From: Bacillota bacterium
GTDB taxonomy: Bacteria; Bacillota; Limnochordia; Limnochordales; ZCTH02-B6
Reading direction: 5' to 3'
Assembly: GCA_017578085.2 (NCBI GenBank)
Contig: PKQR02000002.1
Location: 803-64,802, forward strand
Length of the DNA stretch: 64,000 nt
Below the pieces are notes generated by a model, which saw nothing but the letters and a program-made list of their open reading frames with translations, was not told the DNA's origin and searched no databases. Within the stretch, counting starts at the first letter, position 1. Each line of letters begins with the position of its first letter. Positions 38,432-47,646 of the stretch are shown piece by piece. The position numbers were made by a program, and so were the translations under genes.

Positions 38432-39574
38432 TCACACCCGCTCCCGCAGGAACGCCTGGAACGCCTGGTTGGCCACGGGCAAGCCCTTATCGGTCAACCG
38501 CAGGCGCGACCCGCGCCACTCCACCAGGCCCAGCTCCAGCAAGCGAGCAATCTCTCGCGCAAACACCTCATCCAAAGATTTGCCGAACCGGCGGGCGAAG
38601 GCGTCGGCATCCACCCCGTCCCGCAGCCGCAGGCCCAAGATGACCGTGTCCTCTTCCGCGGTGGCTTGGTCGACCGTTTCCCGCCACGCGACGGGCGGCT
38701 GGCCGCCTCTCAGGCGCTCCGCGTAGACTTGCGGCAGGCGCTCGTTGGCGAAACGCTCGCCCCGCCACTGGGAGTGGGCACCGGGTCCAAGCCCCAGCCA
38801 CTCCCCGTTGAGCCAGTAGATGCGGTTATGCTGCGAGGCGTAACCGGGCCGCGCCCAGTTGGAAATCTCGTAGTGGTCGTAGCCGGCCTCGCCCAGGGCG
38901 TCCATGGCGTACCGGAACATGGCCAGCTCCGCCTCCTCGCCGGGCAGCGGCAGGGCGTTTTGCGCGTGCAGCTCGCCGAAGAAGGTGCCTTCCTCAATGA
39001 TGAGGCTGTAGCAAGAGATGTGCTCCGGTCCCCAGGCGATGACTTCCTTGAGGGTGCGCTGCCAGTCGGCCAGGTCCTGGCCGGGGAGGCCGAACATGAG
39101 GTCGACGTTGATATTGGTGAAACCCGCGCGGCGCGCCCTGCGGTAGCAGTCGGCCGCGTGGCGGGCCGTGTGGATGCGCCCGAGGCGGGCCAGCAGCTCG
39201 TCGTTCAAGCTCTGGACGCCCAGGCTGATGCGGTTCACGCCCCATGCCCGCAAAACGGCAAGGCGGGCGTCGGTCAGCGTGCCCGGGTTGGCTTCCACCG
39301 TCACCTCCGCGCCGGGCCGGAGCCGCAGCGGCGCGAGGGCCGCAAAAAGCCGCTCGAGTTGTGCCGGGCCCAGCGCGGTCGGCGTACCCCCGCCGATGTA
39401 GAGGGTGTCGAACTCCACCCCCGCCACGTCGTCCCGGGCGGCATAGAGGGCGGCTTCCTGGGCGAGCGCTTCAAGGTACTGGTCGACACCGCCCTCCCGC
39501 AGCAGGTACGTGTTGAAGTCGCAGTAATGGCACCGCTTTTCGCAAAAGGGAACGTGGACGTACAAGCCCCGCAT
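38432..39574 (-). CDS. hemW: Radical SAM heme chaperone HemW (oxygen-independent coproporphyrinogen-III oxidase-like)
   Basis: MRGLYVHVPFCEKRCHYCDFNT (CxxxCxxC) ..GGGTP.. It lies downstream of lepA as in Bacillus. The ORF was trimmed to ATG 39574, 2 nt after the lepA stop. Confidence 0.85.
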   Translation of the reverse strand: MRGLYVHVPFCEKRCHYCDFNTYLLREGGVDQYLEALAQEAALYAARDDVAGVEFDTLYIGGGTPTALGPAQLERLFAALAPLRLRPGAEVTVEANPGTLTDARLAVLRAWGVNRISLGVQSLNDELLARLGRIHTARHAADCYRRARRAGFTNINVDLMFGLPGQDLADWQRTLKEVIAWGPEHISCYSLIIEEGTFFGELHAQNALPLPGEEAELAMFRYAMDALGEAGYDHYEISNWARPGYASQHNRIYWLNGEWLGLGPGAHSQWRGERFANERLPQVYAERLRGGQPPVAWRETVDQATAEEDTVILGLRLRDGVDADAFARRFGKSLDEVFAREIARLLELGLVEWRGSRLRLTDKGLPVANQAFQAFLRERV

Positions 39575-39576
39575 TC

Positions 39577-41373
39577 CTAATCGATCCGCAGCACGGCCAT
39601 GAAGGCCTCCTGCGGCACCTCCACCCGGCCCAGCTGCTTCATGCGCTTCTTGCCTTCCTTTTGCTTCTCCAGCAGCTTGCGCTTGCGGGTGACGTCGCCG
39701 CCGTAGCATTTGGCCAAGACGTCCTTGCGCAGGGCCTTGATGGTTTCCCGGGCGATGACCTTGCGGCCGATGGCGGCTTGAATGGGCACTTCAAACAGCT
39801 GGCGCGGGATGACTTCCTTGAGCTTTTCCACCAGCTGCCGCCCGCGGGAATACGCCTTGTCCCGGTGCACGATGCAGGAAAGCGCGTCCACGGGTTCGCC
39901 GAGGAGCAAGATGTCCATCTTGACCAGGTCGCTCTCGCGGTAGCCGATTAGTTCGTAATCCAGCGACGCGTAGCCGCGGCTGCGGGTCTTGAGCCGGTCA
40001 AAGAAGTCCAGCAGGATCTCGCTCAAGGGCAGCTCGTAGATGAGCTGCACCCGCTCGGGCGTCGTGTATTCCATGTTGATGAAGACGCCGCGCCGCTCCT
40101 GGCACAGCTCCATGAGCGGGCCGACATACTCGGCGGGCGTCATGATCGTCGCCCGCACAAAGGGCTCTTCCACGTGATCGATGTACTGGGGCTCCGGGAA
40201 CTTGGCCGGGTTGTCCACCTCCACCACATCGCCGTTGGTCAAGACGACCCGGTACACGACGCTGGGGGCGGTGGTGATCAGGTTGAGCCCGAACTCCCGC
40301 TCGAGCCGCTCCTGGACGATCTCCATGTGCAACAGGCCCAAGAAACCGCACCGGAAACCGAAGCCCAACGCGTTGGACGTCTCCGCTTCAAAAGTGAGGG
40401 CCGCGTCGTTGAGCTGCAGCTTCTCCAGGGCGTCCCGCAGGTCGTCGAAATCCTCGTTTTCCACCGGGTACAGCCCGCAAAACACCATCGGCTTTACAGG
40501 ACGGTACCCGGGCAGCGGCTCCGCAGCCGGCCGGTCGGCGTCGGTGATGGTGTCGCCGATGCGCGTGTCCCGCACATTGCGGATGGTGGCCGTAAGGCAG
40601 CCGACCTCGCCGGCGGACAGCTGCGGCACCCGCCGCATCTCCGGTAGAAAGACGCCCACCTCGTCCACTTCGAACGTCTTGCCCGTGCTCATCATCTTGA
40701 TGCGCATGCCGGGCCGCACGGTGCCGTCCACGATGCGCACGTAGGCGACGACCCCGCGGTAGGCGTCGAAATGGGAGTCGAAGATGAGCGCCCGCAAGGG
40801 CGCCTCCGGGTCGCCCTTGGGCGGCGGAATGCGCTGGACGATGGCTTCCAAGATCTCATCGACGCCTTGACCGGTCTTGGCGCTGGCCAAGATGGCGGTG
40901 GACGGGTCAAGCCCGATGGTGTCCCGGATCTCGCGGAGTACCCGCTCGGGATCGGCGTTGGGCAGGTCGATCTTGTTGATCACAGGGATGATCTCCAGGT
41001 CGTGCTCCAGGGCCAGGTAGCAGTTGGCAAGGGTTTGGGCTTCCACTCCCTGGGTGGCGTCCACGACCAGGAGCGCCCCCTCGCAGGCCGCCAGGCTGCG
41101 GGACACCTCGTAAGAAAAGTCCACGTGCCCCGGGGTATCGATTAGGTTGAGGATGTACTCCTCTCCGTCCCGGGCCCGGTACGCCAGGCGGACGGCCGTC
41201 AGCTTGATGGTGATGCCCCGTTCTCGCTCCAGATCCATGGAATCCAGGATCTGTTCCTTCCTCTCCCGCTGCGACAAGGCGCCGGTCCGCTCCAGCAGCC
41301 GGTCCGCCAGCGTCGATTTGCCGTGATCGATGTGGGCGATGATGCAGAAATTACGTATCCGCCGCTGATGCAT
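39577..41373 (-). CDS. lepA: Elongation factor 4 (LepA)
   Basis: [27 protein letters not shown].., [13 protein letters not shown], and a C-terminal LepA domain ..[25 protein letters not shown]. Confidence 0.95.
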   Translation of the reverse strand: MHQRRIRNFCIIAHIDHGKSTLADRLLERTGALSQRERKEQILDSMDLERERGITIKLTAVRLAYRARDGEEYILNLIDTPGHVDFSYEVSRSLAACEGALLVVDATQGVEAQTLANCYLALEHDLEIIPVINKIDLPNADPERVLREIRDTIGLDPSTAILASAKTGQGVDEILEAIVQRIPPPKGDPEAPLRALIFDSHFDAYRGVVAYVRIVDGTVRPGMRIKMMSTGKTFEVDEVGVFLPEMRRVPQLSAGEVGCLTATIRNVRDTRIGDTITDADRPAAEPLPGYRPVKPMVFCGLYPVENEDFDDLRDALEKLQLNDAALTFEAETSNALGFGFRCGFLGLLHMEIVQERLEREFGLNLITTAPSVVYRVVLTNGDVVEVDNPAKFPEPQYIDHVEEPFVRATIMTPAEYVGPLMELCQERRGVFINMEYTTPERVQLIYELPLSEILLDFFDRLKTRSRGYASLDYELIGYRESDLVKMDILLLGEPVDALSCIVHRDKAYSRGRQLVEKLKEVIPRQLFEVPIQAAIGRKVIARETIKALRKDVLAKCYGGDVTRKRKLLEKQKEGKKRMKQLGRVEVPQEAFMAVLRID

Positions 41374-41466
41374 GGCCCCATTATAGCAAAAATACCGTGG
41401 AGCAGACCAGGACACCCACGCCGCCGGAGCGAAGCTGTCCTCTTTGGTTGCTTTGGAGGAAAGCCC

Positions 41467-43038
41467 ATGTCCAGTTCGCGCACCGTCGCCCGCAACGCCG
41501 GCATCGTCATGCTCCTCATCCTCATCTCGCGCCTCCTCGGTTTCATCCGCGAGCGGGCCATCGCCGACGTCTTCGGCCTCTCGTGGGAAACCGACGCCTT
41601 CAGGGCCGCGTTCAACATCCCGGATTTGATGTACTTCCTCCTGGTGGGCGGCGCCATCAGCTCTGCCTTTATCCCGGTGTTCAGCAGCTACCTGGCCCGG
41701 GGGCAGGAGGACGAAGCGTGGCGCATGGCGGCGACGTTCATCACGTTAATCAGCGGGGGGCTTGTGGTCCTGACCGTGCTGGGCGTCATCTTTTCCCCGT
41801 GGCTCGCGCCCTTGGTGGCGCCCGGTTTCAGCGGCGACCAGCGGGAGCTCCTGGTCGTCCTGATGCGGGTCATGTTCCCGGCGGTCCTCTTCACGGCCCT
41901 CGCCGGCGTCGGCATGGGCGTGCACAACGCCTACCAGCGGTTCGCCGTACCCCTGCTCGGGCCCATTTTCTACAACATCGCCATCACCTTGGGCGCGTAT
42001 CTCCTCGGACCCGTCATGGGCATCATGGGCATGGCCGTGGGGACCGTGGCCGGCGCCGTGGGCAACTTCTTGATCCAAGCGCCCTTCGTCGCCCGCGCCG
42101 CCCGACGGTTTCCGTGGCGCTTGCAGCTGCGGCACCCGGGGCTGCTAAAAGTGGTCCGGCTGATGATCCCCACCATCATCGGTCTGTCCGTCGTGCAGCT
42201 CAACACCATCATCCTGACCGCCCTGGCCTCCACCCTGGCGGAGGGCCACATCACGGCGCTGAACCTCGCCAACCGCCTCATCCAGTTGCCGCTCGGGGTA
42301 TTCGGCATGGGGATGTCCATGGTCATCTTCCCGGTGATGGCGCGCCTCGCGGCCTTGGGGGATCTGCAGGAATTCGGCCGCACCCTGGGTACCGGCCTGC
42401 GCACGGTGCTGTTTGTCACAGTGCCGTCGGCGGCGGGGCTTGTCGCTTTGGGAGAGCCCATCGTGCGCCTCTTGTTTGAGGTAGGGGCGTTCGGGCCCCA
42501 AGACACGGCGACGACCGCGTACGCCCTGTGGTTTTTCGGCGCCGGCGTTTTTGCCCTTTCGTCGGTGCAGGTGCTGACTCGCGCCTTTTATTCCCTGCAG
42601 GATACCGTCACGCCGGTGAAGATCGGCCTGCTGACGGTCGCCACCAACACCGCGCTCAGCCTGGCGCTGCTGCGCTGGACGAATCTTTCCCACGGCGGCC
42701 TGGCGCTGGCCTTCTCGGCCGCCGCCATCGTGCAGATGGCGGCCCAGCTCATGCTCTTGCGGCCAAAGCTGGGGGGCCGGCTGGACATCCGGGCCATCGC
42801 GGGCACGTTTGCGCGGGCCGCCGTCGGTTCAGCCCTCATGTTCCCGGCGGTCCAGGCAGCGGCCCAGCTGGCGGGGGCCTATGTGGATCTCACCCTCACC
42901 AGCGGCCGGCTCGCGCAGGTGCTGGCGGGGATTGCGGCCGGCGTGGCCGTCTACGGTCTTGTGGCTGTCGTGCTCCGCATGGAGGAACTGCAGTTGGTGC
43001 TCTCCACGTTTCGCCGCATGGCCCGCCGCTCGTCCTAG
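41467..43038 (+). CDS. murJ: Lipid II flippase MurJ
   Basis: [37 protein letters not shown].. with about 14 TM segments. ATG 41467 follows GGAGGAAAG. The ORF track 5' extension overlaps lepA. Confidence 0.85.
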   Translation: MSSSRTVARNAGIVMLLILISRLLGFIRERAIADVFGLSWETDAFRAAFNIPDLMYFLLVGGAISSAFIPVFSSYLARGQEDEAWRMAATFITLISGGLVVLTVLGVIFSPWLAPLVAPGFSGDQRELLVVLMRVMFPAVLFTALAGVGMGVHNAYQRFAVPLLGPIFYNIAITLGAYLLGPVMGIMGMAVGTVAGAVGNFLIQAPFVARAARRFPWRLQLRHPGLLKVVRLMIPTIIGLSVVQLNTIILTALASTLAEGHITALNLANRLIQLPLGVFGMGMSMVIFPVMARLAALGDLQEFGRTLGTGLRTVLFVTVPSAAGLVALGEPIVRLLFEVGAFGPQDTATTAYALWFFGAGVFALSSVQVLTRAFYSLQDTVTPVKIGLLTVATNTALSLALLRWTNLSHGGLALAFSAAAIVQMAAQLMLLRPKLGGRLDIRAIAGTFARAAVGSALMFPAVQAAAQLAGAYVDLTLTSGRLAQVLAGIAAGVAVYGLVAVVLRMEELQLVLSTFRRMARRSS

Positions 43039-44474
43039 CGGACCGCACCGGCGCCGGCGCCCCGGCCGCTCTCGACGATTCCCAAGATCATCTCCGCCAG
43101 CACGTCGGCCAAAAGTTCCGCCGCCCGCACCGCCTCGTCCAGGTGGTTGTCGTACGACCCGATTTCCACCAGCACCGCCCGCGGGTGCAGGTCCTGGTTG
43201 AGGCGCGAGTCCGGCCGCTCGATGACCCGGCGGAACATGCCCGGCCAGCGGCTCTGAATGCGCTCGCCCAGCGCCTGGGCAAAGGCGAGGTTGGCGCGCC
43301 AGCCGGGGTGCATGGCGGTGTTGGTCCCTACCACCAGGGCCACCTGGGCGACCTTTTGCCCGGCCACGGTGGCGACCAGGCCCGCCGGCGCGTCCCGGTG
43401 AACGTCCAGCACGATTTCAACATTTGGATTGCGGACCAGGACCTCCTGCACGGTCGCCCGCGCCGCGATGTAGGCGCGGGGGTGTGACGGCCAGTCGTGG
43501 ATCTCCACCGCGTGGCAGGTGGGAATCCCGTAGACCTCCTCCAGGCGCTGGCGCAACGCCCGGCCGACCTCTACGATGCCCGTCTCGGTCGTGTTCCAAA
43601 TGTGGTAGGCATCCTCCCGGGCCGGCGCGAACGTCCCCGTCCGGTACGTCTCTGACGTGTGGGTGTGGTAAATCAGGATCCGGCACCCGTCGCCCCACTG
43701 CACCGCCCGAAGTCGCTGCTTCCAATCGGGCGTGGCGGCGGGCTCCACCCCCGCGCCGGGATCGGCGGGCGGCCCCTCCGGTTGCGGCCCGTCTGGTTCA
43801 GGGACTGCCCCCGGCAGCTGAGGCACCGGCGACGGAGGCACTTGCGGCGCCGCCGGGGGGCGCGGCGCGGCCTCGGGGATCCGCGACCCGGCAGGCGGCT
43901 CTGGGGTATCCTGCGGCGGGCGCGGGACCAAGTCATTCACGGCAGCGACGGTAGCCCGCGGGGCGGCAGGCGCGGGCGCCGGCAAGAGCCCCCGGCGCTG
44001 ATCCTGGCTGTAGGCGGCCAGGCCCGGGATGGCCGCCTCCAGCAGGGTCTGCGGGTTTCCGATATCGTAGCGGGTGACGGCGTACACCAGCGCCCGCGCT
44101 TCGCGACGCCAGTCGGGCGGCGGGGGCGGTTCTGGCCCGGTCTCCCAGACCGCCGTGGGCAGCCCTTCGCGCAGGGCAGCCTCCCCCAGCCGTCCCTGGG
44201 CCTCGGCCCATGAGACAATGCCGGGCAAGAGCTGGCCGGCTCCCGTCGCAGCCCCCTGCCAGGCGCCGGCGATGAAGCCGGCCAACCGCGCGCGGGCTTG
44301 CGGGTAGGCCCGATCCAGCGCGACCAGCCCCGCGCCGGCCACGAGCACAAGCCAGAAGACGAGCAGCTGGCGCACGGGCGGGTACCACGTGCGCCGGCCC
44401 AGCCGCCCCAGTCGAATCCGCAGCACCCGCAGGCGCCACCGCAGCCGCGCCCAGCCGATGCGAACCACAGCCAT
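43035..44474 (-). CDS. spoIIP: Stage II sporulation protein P (SpoIIP) with a Pro-rich linker
   Basis: The C-terminal domain reads ..ILIYHTHTSETY..VLDVHRDA..ALVVG..NLAFAQAL..RPDSRLNQDLHPRAVLVEIG. It has an N-terminal TM (LLVFWLVLVAGAGLVAL). The start is ATG 44474 or GTG 44468, after GGGAGG. Confidence 0.8.
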   Translation of the reverse strand: MAVVRIGWARLRWRLRVLRIRLGRLGRRTWYPPVRQLLVFWLVLVAGAGLVALDRAYPQARARLAGFIAGAWQGAATGAGQLLPGIVSWAEAQGRLGEAALREGLPTAVWETGPEPPPPPDWRREARALVYAVTRYDIGNPQTLLEAAIPGLAAYSQDQRRGLLPAPAPAAPRATVAAVNDLVPRPPQDTPEPPAGSRIPEAAPRPPAAPQVPPSPVPQLPGAVPEPDGPQPEGPPADPGAGVEPAATPDWKQRLRAVQWGDGCRILIYHTHTSETYRTGTFAPAREDAYHIWNTTETGIVEVGRALRQRLEEVYGIPTCHAVEIHDWPSHPRAYIAARATVQEVLVRNPNVEIVLDVHRDAPAGLVATVAGQKVAQVALVVGTNTAMHPGWRANLAFAQALGERIQSRWPGMFRRVIERPDSRLNQDLHPRAVLVEIGSYDNHLDEAVRAAELLADVLAEMILGIVESGRGAGAGAVR

Positions 44475-44583
44475 CCTCCCTTTCACCGCCAGTGTATGGG
44501 ACGAACTGAGGTGGATATGCCTCCCCGCCGCATACCCTGGCGTTTCGGCCCGTATTGTTAGCCAATGGAGGGGGCGGAAGACG

Positions 44584-45966
44584 GTGCCGGGTCGGTTCTG
44601 GCAGCGGCTGCTCATGGGGGTTTTCGGCGCGGCGACCGCAATTGCCGCGGCCTTGGCCGCCTGGCTCCTGTTCTTCGGCCCCCGTTTTGACGCGGCAGGC
44701 ATCACCATCAACCCGCGGGCACGGGTCCACCCGGAGCGCCCGTATGAGCTGGTCGTCTGGGAGGAAACCATCCTCATCCCGTGGGCGCCCAAAACCCACG
44801 GGGAAGTGGTGGCCGAAGCCATCGCGGCCTTCCAGGAGCGGTGGCCCAACGCCCGGGTCAGCTATAGCCTCCTGGAACCCGGCGAGGCCCGCCGGCAGCT
44901 GGCCGCGGCTGTGGCGGCCGGGCGGCCGCCCGACGTGTATGGGACAACGAGAGGGATAGTCCTCCACCCCTCCCACCAGATTCCCGCCGAACCCTACCTC
45001 CCGGCTGCCCGGCGCGGTGAGCCGCCCGTCTTTAACCCGGCGGCCGTGGCCGGGATGGCCCGGGACGGAATTGTCTGGGGCTGGCCCAGGGCATTTTGGT
45101 GGGAAGTGTGGCTCGCCGACGCCGCCTTGCTTGAGCGCGGCGGGGTCTCTGTTGACCGCCTGCTGACCCAGGGCTGGACGTGGGACGAAGTTCTTGACTT
45201 TGCCAAAAGGGCCTCGGCGTTGGTGGAGCGCCCGCTGGCCCTGGACACGCTCTCCATGGCGACGCTGGCGCATCTCATCCTGAACGCCGGGGCCCCAGGC
45301 GACCCCAGCCCACAAAACCCTCTCGGCTGGAGCGAAGAGTCTCTGATGCGGGTGGGGCGCTTCTTGGCGGCCTTGCGCCAGCAGGGAGCCTTCCCTCCCG
45401 ATCCTGCCGACGCGGCCCGCAGCCGCGTGGAGCGGCTTCTCACCGGCCGCACCGCCGTCATTGGGCCGGTCGGACCCCACCTGGCCCACGCCGTGCTGCA
45501 GCGGAAACCCGGGAGTTACCTGCTGGTCCCCGTCCCTCACCACCCGTCGTCCGCCGAAGCCGCCCCCATGGAACCCGGCGGCTATTTTGTGTTCCGCCAG
45601 GACCCTTACCAGGGCGACGACCACACGCGCCTGGCCATGGAGCTCGCGGGGTGGCTGGCGGCCCGCACGGAAAGCTGGCTGGCGGAAACCTTGGGACTGC
45701 TGCCCGCCCGCGCCGACACTTGGCACGCCTGGCAAGGCGCGGCGCCGCTGGACGACCGCAGCCGGGCCTTCCTGGCCGACTACCTCCAGCAGGCGCCCAT
45801 CCGGGACGGCCAAGTGGCGGAAGAGCTTGACGCCCTGGCGGCGCGGGTTGCACCCCACTGGCACGCCTTCTGGGCGCAAAACCCGTCGCCTGAGCAATTT
45901 GCCGCGGGGTTGTGGCGAACACTCCAGCCGGCCCCTCCGGGGGCGCCGGCCGCTCAACGGCAATAA
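44584..45966 (+). CDS. Membrane-anchored protein resembling an extracellular solute-binding protein (family-1 SBP-like); function unknown
   Basis: GTG 44584 follows GGAGGGGG. The protein has an N-terminal TM (LLMGVFGAATAIAAALAAWLLFF). The rest is Trp-rich and alpha/beta-like with the composition of a normal protein. The competing 676-aa minus-strand ORF is R/G/P-rich antisense noise. The family call is from general resemblance only. Confidence 0.45.
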   Translation: MPGRFWQRLLMGVFGAATAIAAALAAWLLFFGPRFDAAGITINPRARVHPERPYELVVWEETILIPWAPKTHGEVVAEAIAAFQERWPNARVSYSLLEPGEARRQLAAAVAAGRPPDVYGTTRGIVLHPSHQIPAEPYLPAARRGEPPVFNPAAVAGMARDGIVWGWPRAFWWEVWLADAALLERGGVSVDRLLTQGWTWDEVLDFAKRASALVERPLALDTLSMATLAHLILNAGAPGDPSPQNPLGWSEESLMRVGRFLAALRQQGAFPPDPADAARSRVERLLTGRTAVIGPVGPHLAHAVLQRKPGSYLLVPVPHHPSSAEAAPMEPGGYFVFRQDPYQGDDHTRLAMELAGWLAARTESWLAETLGLLPARADTWHAWQGAAPLDDRSRAFLADYLQQAPIRDGQVAEELDALAARVAPHWHAFWAQNPSPEQFAAGLWRTLQPAPPGAPAAQRQ

Positions 45967-45972
45967 GGCAGC

Positions 45973-47235
45973 CTATCCTTGGCCTGCACCGGTGGCGGCC
46001 AAGATTAGCCGGTTGAGGTCCAGGTCCGGGTGCAGTCCCTGGTTGAGCCCTTCCGCCAGCATCTCCGCCACGTCCTCCACGAGGACGTCAATCTCCTTGG
46101 GCGTCATGATGAGATCGCCCATGTAAGGGCCGAGCACTTCCTCCAGCACCGCCCGCTGCGCGGCGGCAGCCGGCTGGGCCGCGGCCGGCCCCGGCCCCAT
46201 GGACGCCGCCTGCCGCCCCGCGGGCGACGCCATCGGCGTCACCGCGCCGGGGGGCGGTGCTGTCGGGCCGGTCGAGCCGGCCCCCGACTGCAGGATCCAG
46301 CGGGGATCCGGCAGCGGCATCCCCCCGCCGGTGCCCGAGGGCGCAGGGCCGGTCCCTCCGCCTGCCCCGGGTACTGTCGCGCTGCCGACCGCGGGTCCGG
46401 CGCCGGCGGGTGGCGGACCGATAGAGACATTTTGAGCCGCGCCGCGCTCGTGAGCCGCCATCCGGTCCAAGCCGTCGGCCACCACCGTCAAGGCGTGGAC
46501 GACGGTCGGCACGCCAACTGCCAGCACCGGCACACCCAGGGTCTGGCGGGTGATGCCGAACCGCTTGTTGCCGACCCCGGAACCGGGCTGGATCCCCGCG
46601 TCCGCGATTTGGACGGTCGTTCCCAACCGCTCCACGCTGCGGGCAGCCAAGGCGTCGATGCAGATGACGAGTGCCGGGTGGATCTGGCGCACAACCCCTT
46701 GCACGATCTCTGCGGTTTCCAGACCCGTGATGCCGAGAACACCCGGGGAAATGCCTGCGACGGGGCGCGCTCCGGTGCGGGCCGCGGGCGGGGCCGAGTA
46801 ATAAAAGTGGCGGGTGACGATCAAGTGGTGAATGGTGCGGGGGCCCACCGCGTCGGGCGTCGCGTTCCAATTGCCGAGTCCCACCACCAGCACTTCGCCG
46901 TCCGCCGGGATTTTCCAAAGGTCGAGGAACTTCTCGATCTCCTTTCCGATCATCTGGGCCACCTGATCCAAGGCGTCCTGGTCCCGACGGCGCAGGCCGG
47001 GCGCTTCGATGGTCGTGTAGTTGCCGGGCAGCTTGCCCATGGCCCGGGCGCCTTCCTCGGTGGTGATGGCCACGCGGGAGATGACGGCCACTGGGGTGCG
47101 CTCGGTTTCGACGGCGACGCCGGGGATCTCCGGGGGCCCTTCGTGCTGGATGATCACCTCGCGGGCCTCGAGGGCAAGGTCGGTGCGCGTCCGGTAACGC
47201 TGCATCCATTCGGTGTGAATGGTGCCGAGATCCAT
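45973..47235 (-). CDS. gpr: Germination protease GPR (spore endopeptidase) with a Gly/Pro/Ala-rich insertion
   Basis: ..YRTRTDLALEA..GNYTTIEAPGLR..VVGLGNWNATPDAVGP..ICIDALAARSVERLGTTVQIADAGIQPGSGVGN..LGVPVLAVGVPTVV..LIMTPKEIDVLVEDVA. ATG 47235 follows GGAGGTGG. Confidence 0.85.
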   Translation of the reverse strand: MDLGTIHTEWMQRYRTRTDLALEAREVIIQHEGPPEIPGVAVETERTPVAVISRVAITTEEGARAMGKLPGNYTTIEAPGLRRRDQDALDQVAQMIGKEIEKFLDLWKIPADGEVLVVGLGNWNATPDAVGPRTIHHLIVTRHFYYSAPPAARTGARPVAGISPGVLGITGLETAEIVQGVVRQIHPALVICIDALAARSVERLGTTVQIADAGIQPGSGVGNKRFGITRQTLGVPVLAVGVPTVVHALTVVADGLDRMAAHERGAAQNVSIGPPPAGAGPAVGSATVPGAGGGTGPAPSGTGGGMPLPDPRWILQSGAGSTGPTAPPPGAVTPMASPAGRQAASMGPGPAAAQPAAAAQRAVLEEVLGPYMGDLIMTPKEIDVLVEDVAEMLAEGLNQGLHPDLDLNRLILAATGAGQG

Positions 47236-47303
47236 GGGCCCCACCTCCTGCCGTCACAGTCTCTCTCTGCGCGCAGATCCCTATACCCTGCGCCGGGAAT
47301 GTG

Positions 47304-47312
47304 TGGTACAAT
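47304..47312 (+). promoter_or_regulatory. Extended -10 element TGgTACAAT upstream of rpsT
   Basis: TG at 47304-05 and TACAAT at 47307-12, about 38 nt upstream of the rpsT start. The -35 region is weak (taccct). Confidence 0.35.
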
Positions 47313-47349
47313 GTTTGCGTTCACTTCAGGGCAGAAGGGAGGTCCGGAG

Positions 47350-47622
47350 GTGCCCAACACGCGTTCTGCTGAGAAGCGGGTGCGGGTGATCGCCAAGCGG
47401 ACGCTGCGCAACCGCATGATCCGTTCGCGGATGAAGACGGCCATTCGGCGCTACAACGCGGCTGTGGCCCAAGGCGATGTCAACTTGGCCATGGAGCTGT
47501 TTAAGAAGGCGGTCAGCCAGATCGACCGCGCGGCCGCGAAGGGTGTGATTCATCGCAACCAGGCCTCCCGCCGCAAGGCGCGGCTTGCCGCCCGGCTCAA
47601 TGGGCTGACCAAGGCCAGCTGA
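47350..47622 (+). CDS. rpsT: 30S ribosomal protein S20
   Basis: This is the in-frame tail of track ORF 46030..47622. GTG 47350 follows AAGGGAGG. The product is VPNTRSAEKRVRVIAKRTLRNRMIRSRMKTAIRRYNAAVAQGD..IHRNQASRRKARLAARL. Confidence 0.9.
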   Translation: MPNTRSAEKRVRVIAKRTLRNRMIRSRMKTAIRRYNAAVAQGDVNLAMELFKKAVSQIDRAAAKGVIHRNQASRRKARLAARLNGLTKAS

Positions 47623-47646
47623 TTTCCGGCCGCTTGCGCCGTTGGA

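Noticed and set aside
43035-43038. murJ and spoIIP convergent stop codons share the palindrome CTAG
   Set aside because: It is a real feature of the sequence but a trivial consequence of two TAG stops meeting. No functional implication can be argued.
43933-45963. 676-aa minus-strand ORF overlapping the SBP-like gene and part of spoIIP
   Set aside because: The product is extremely R/G/P/A-rich. The plus-strand frame has an RBS, a TM anchor and normal protein composition, and the spoIIP frame explains the rest.
47245-47300. Possible forespore (sigma-F/G-type) promoter upstream of gpr (GGTATA ... GAGAGAGACT)
   Set aside because: It is only a loose resemblance to the GTATA/-10 consensus, and the spacing and -10 are unconvincing. 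It is not reported as a feature.
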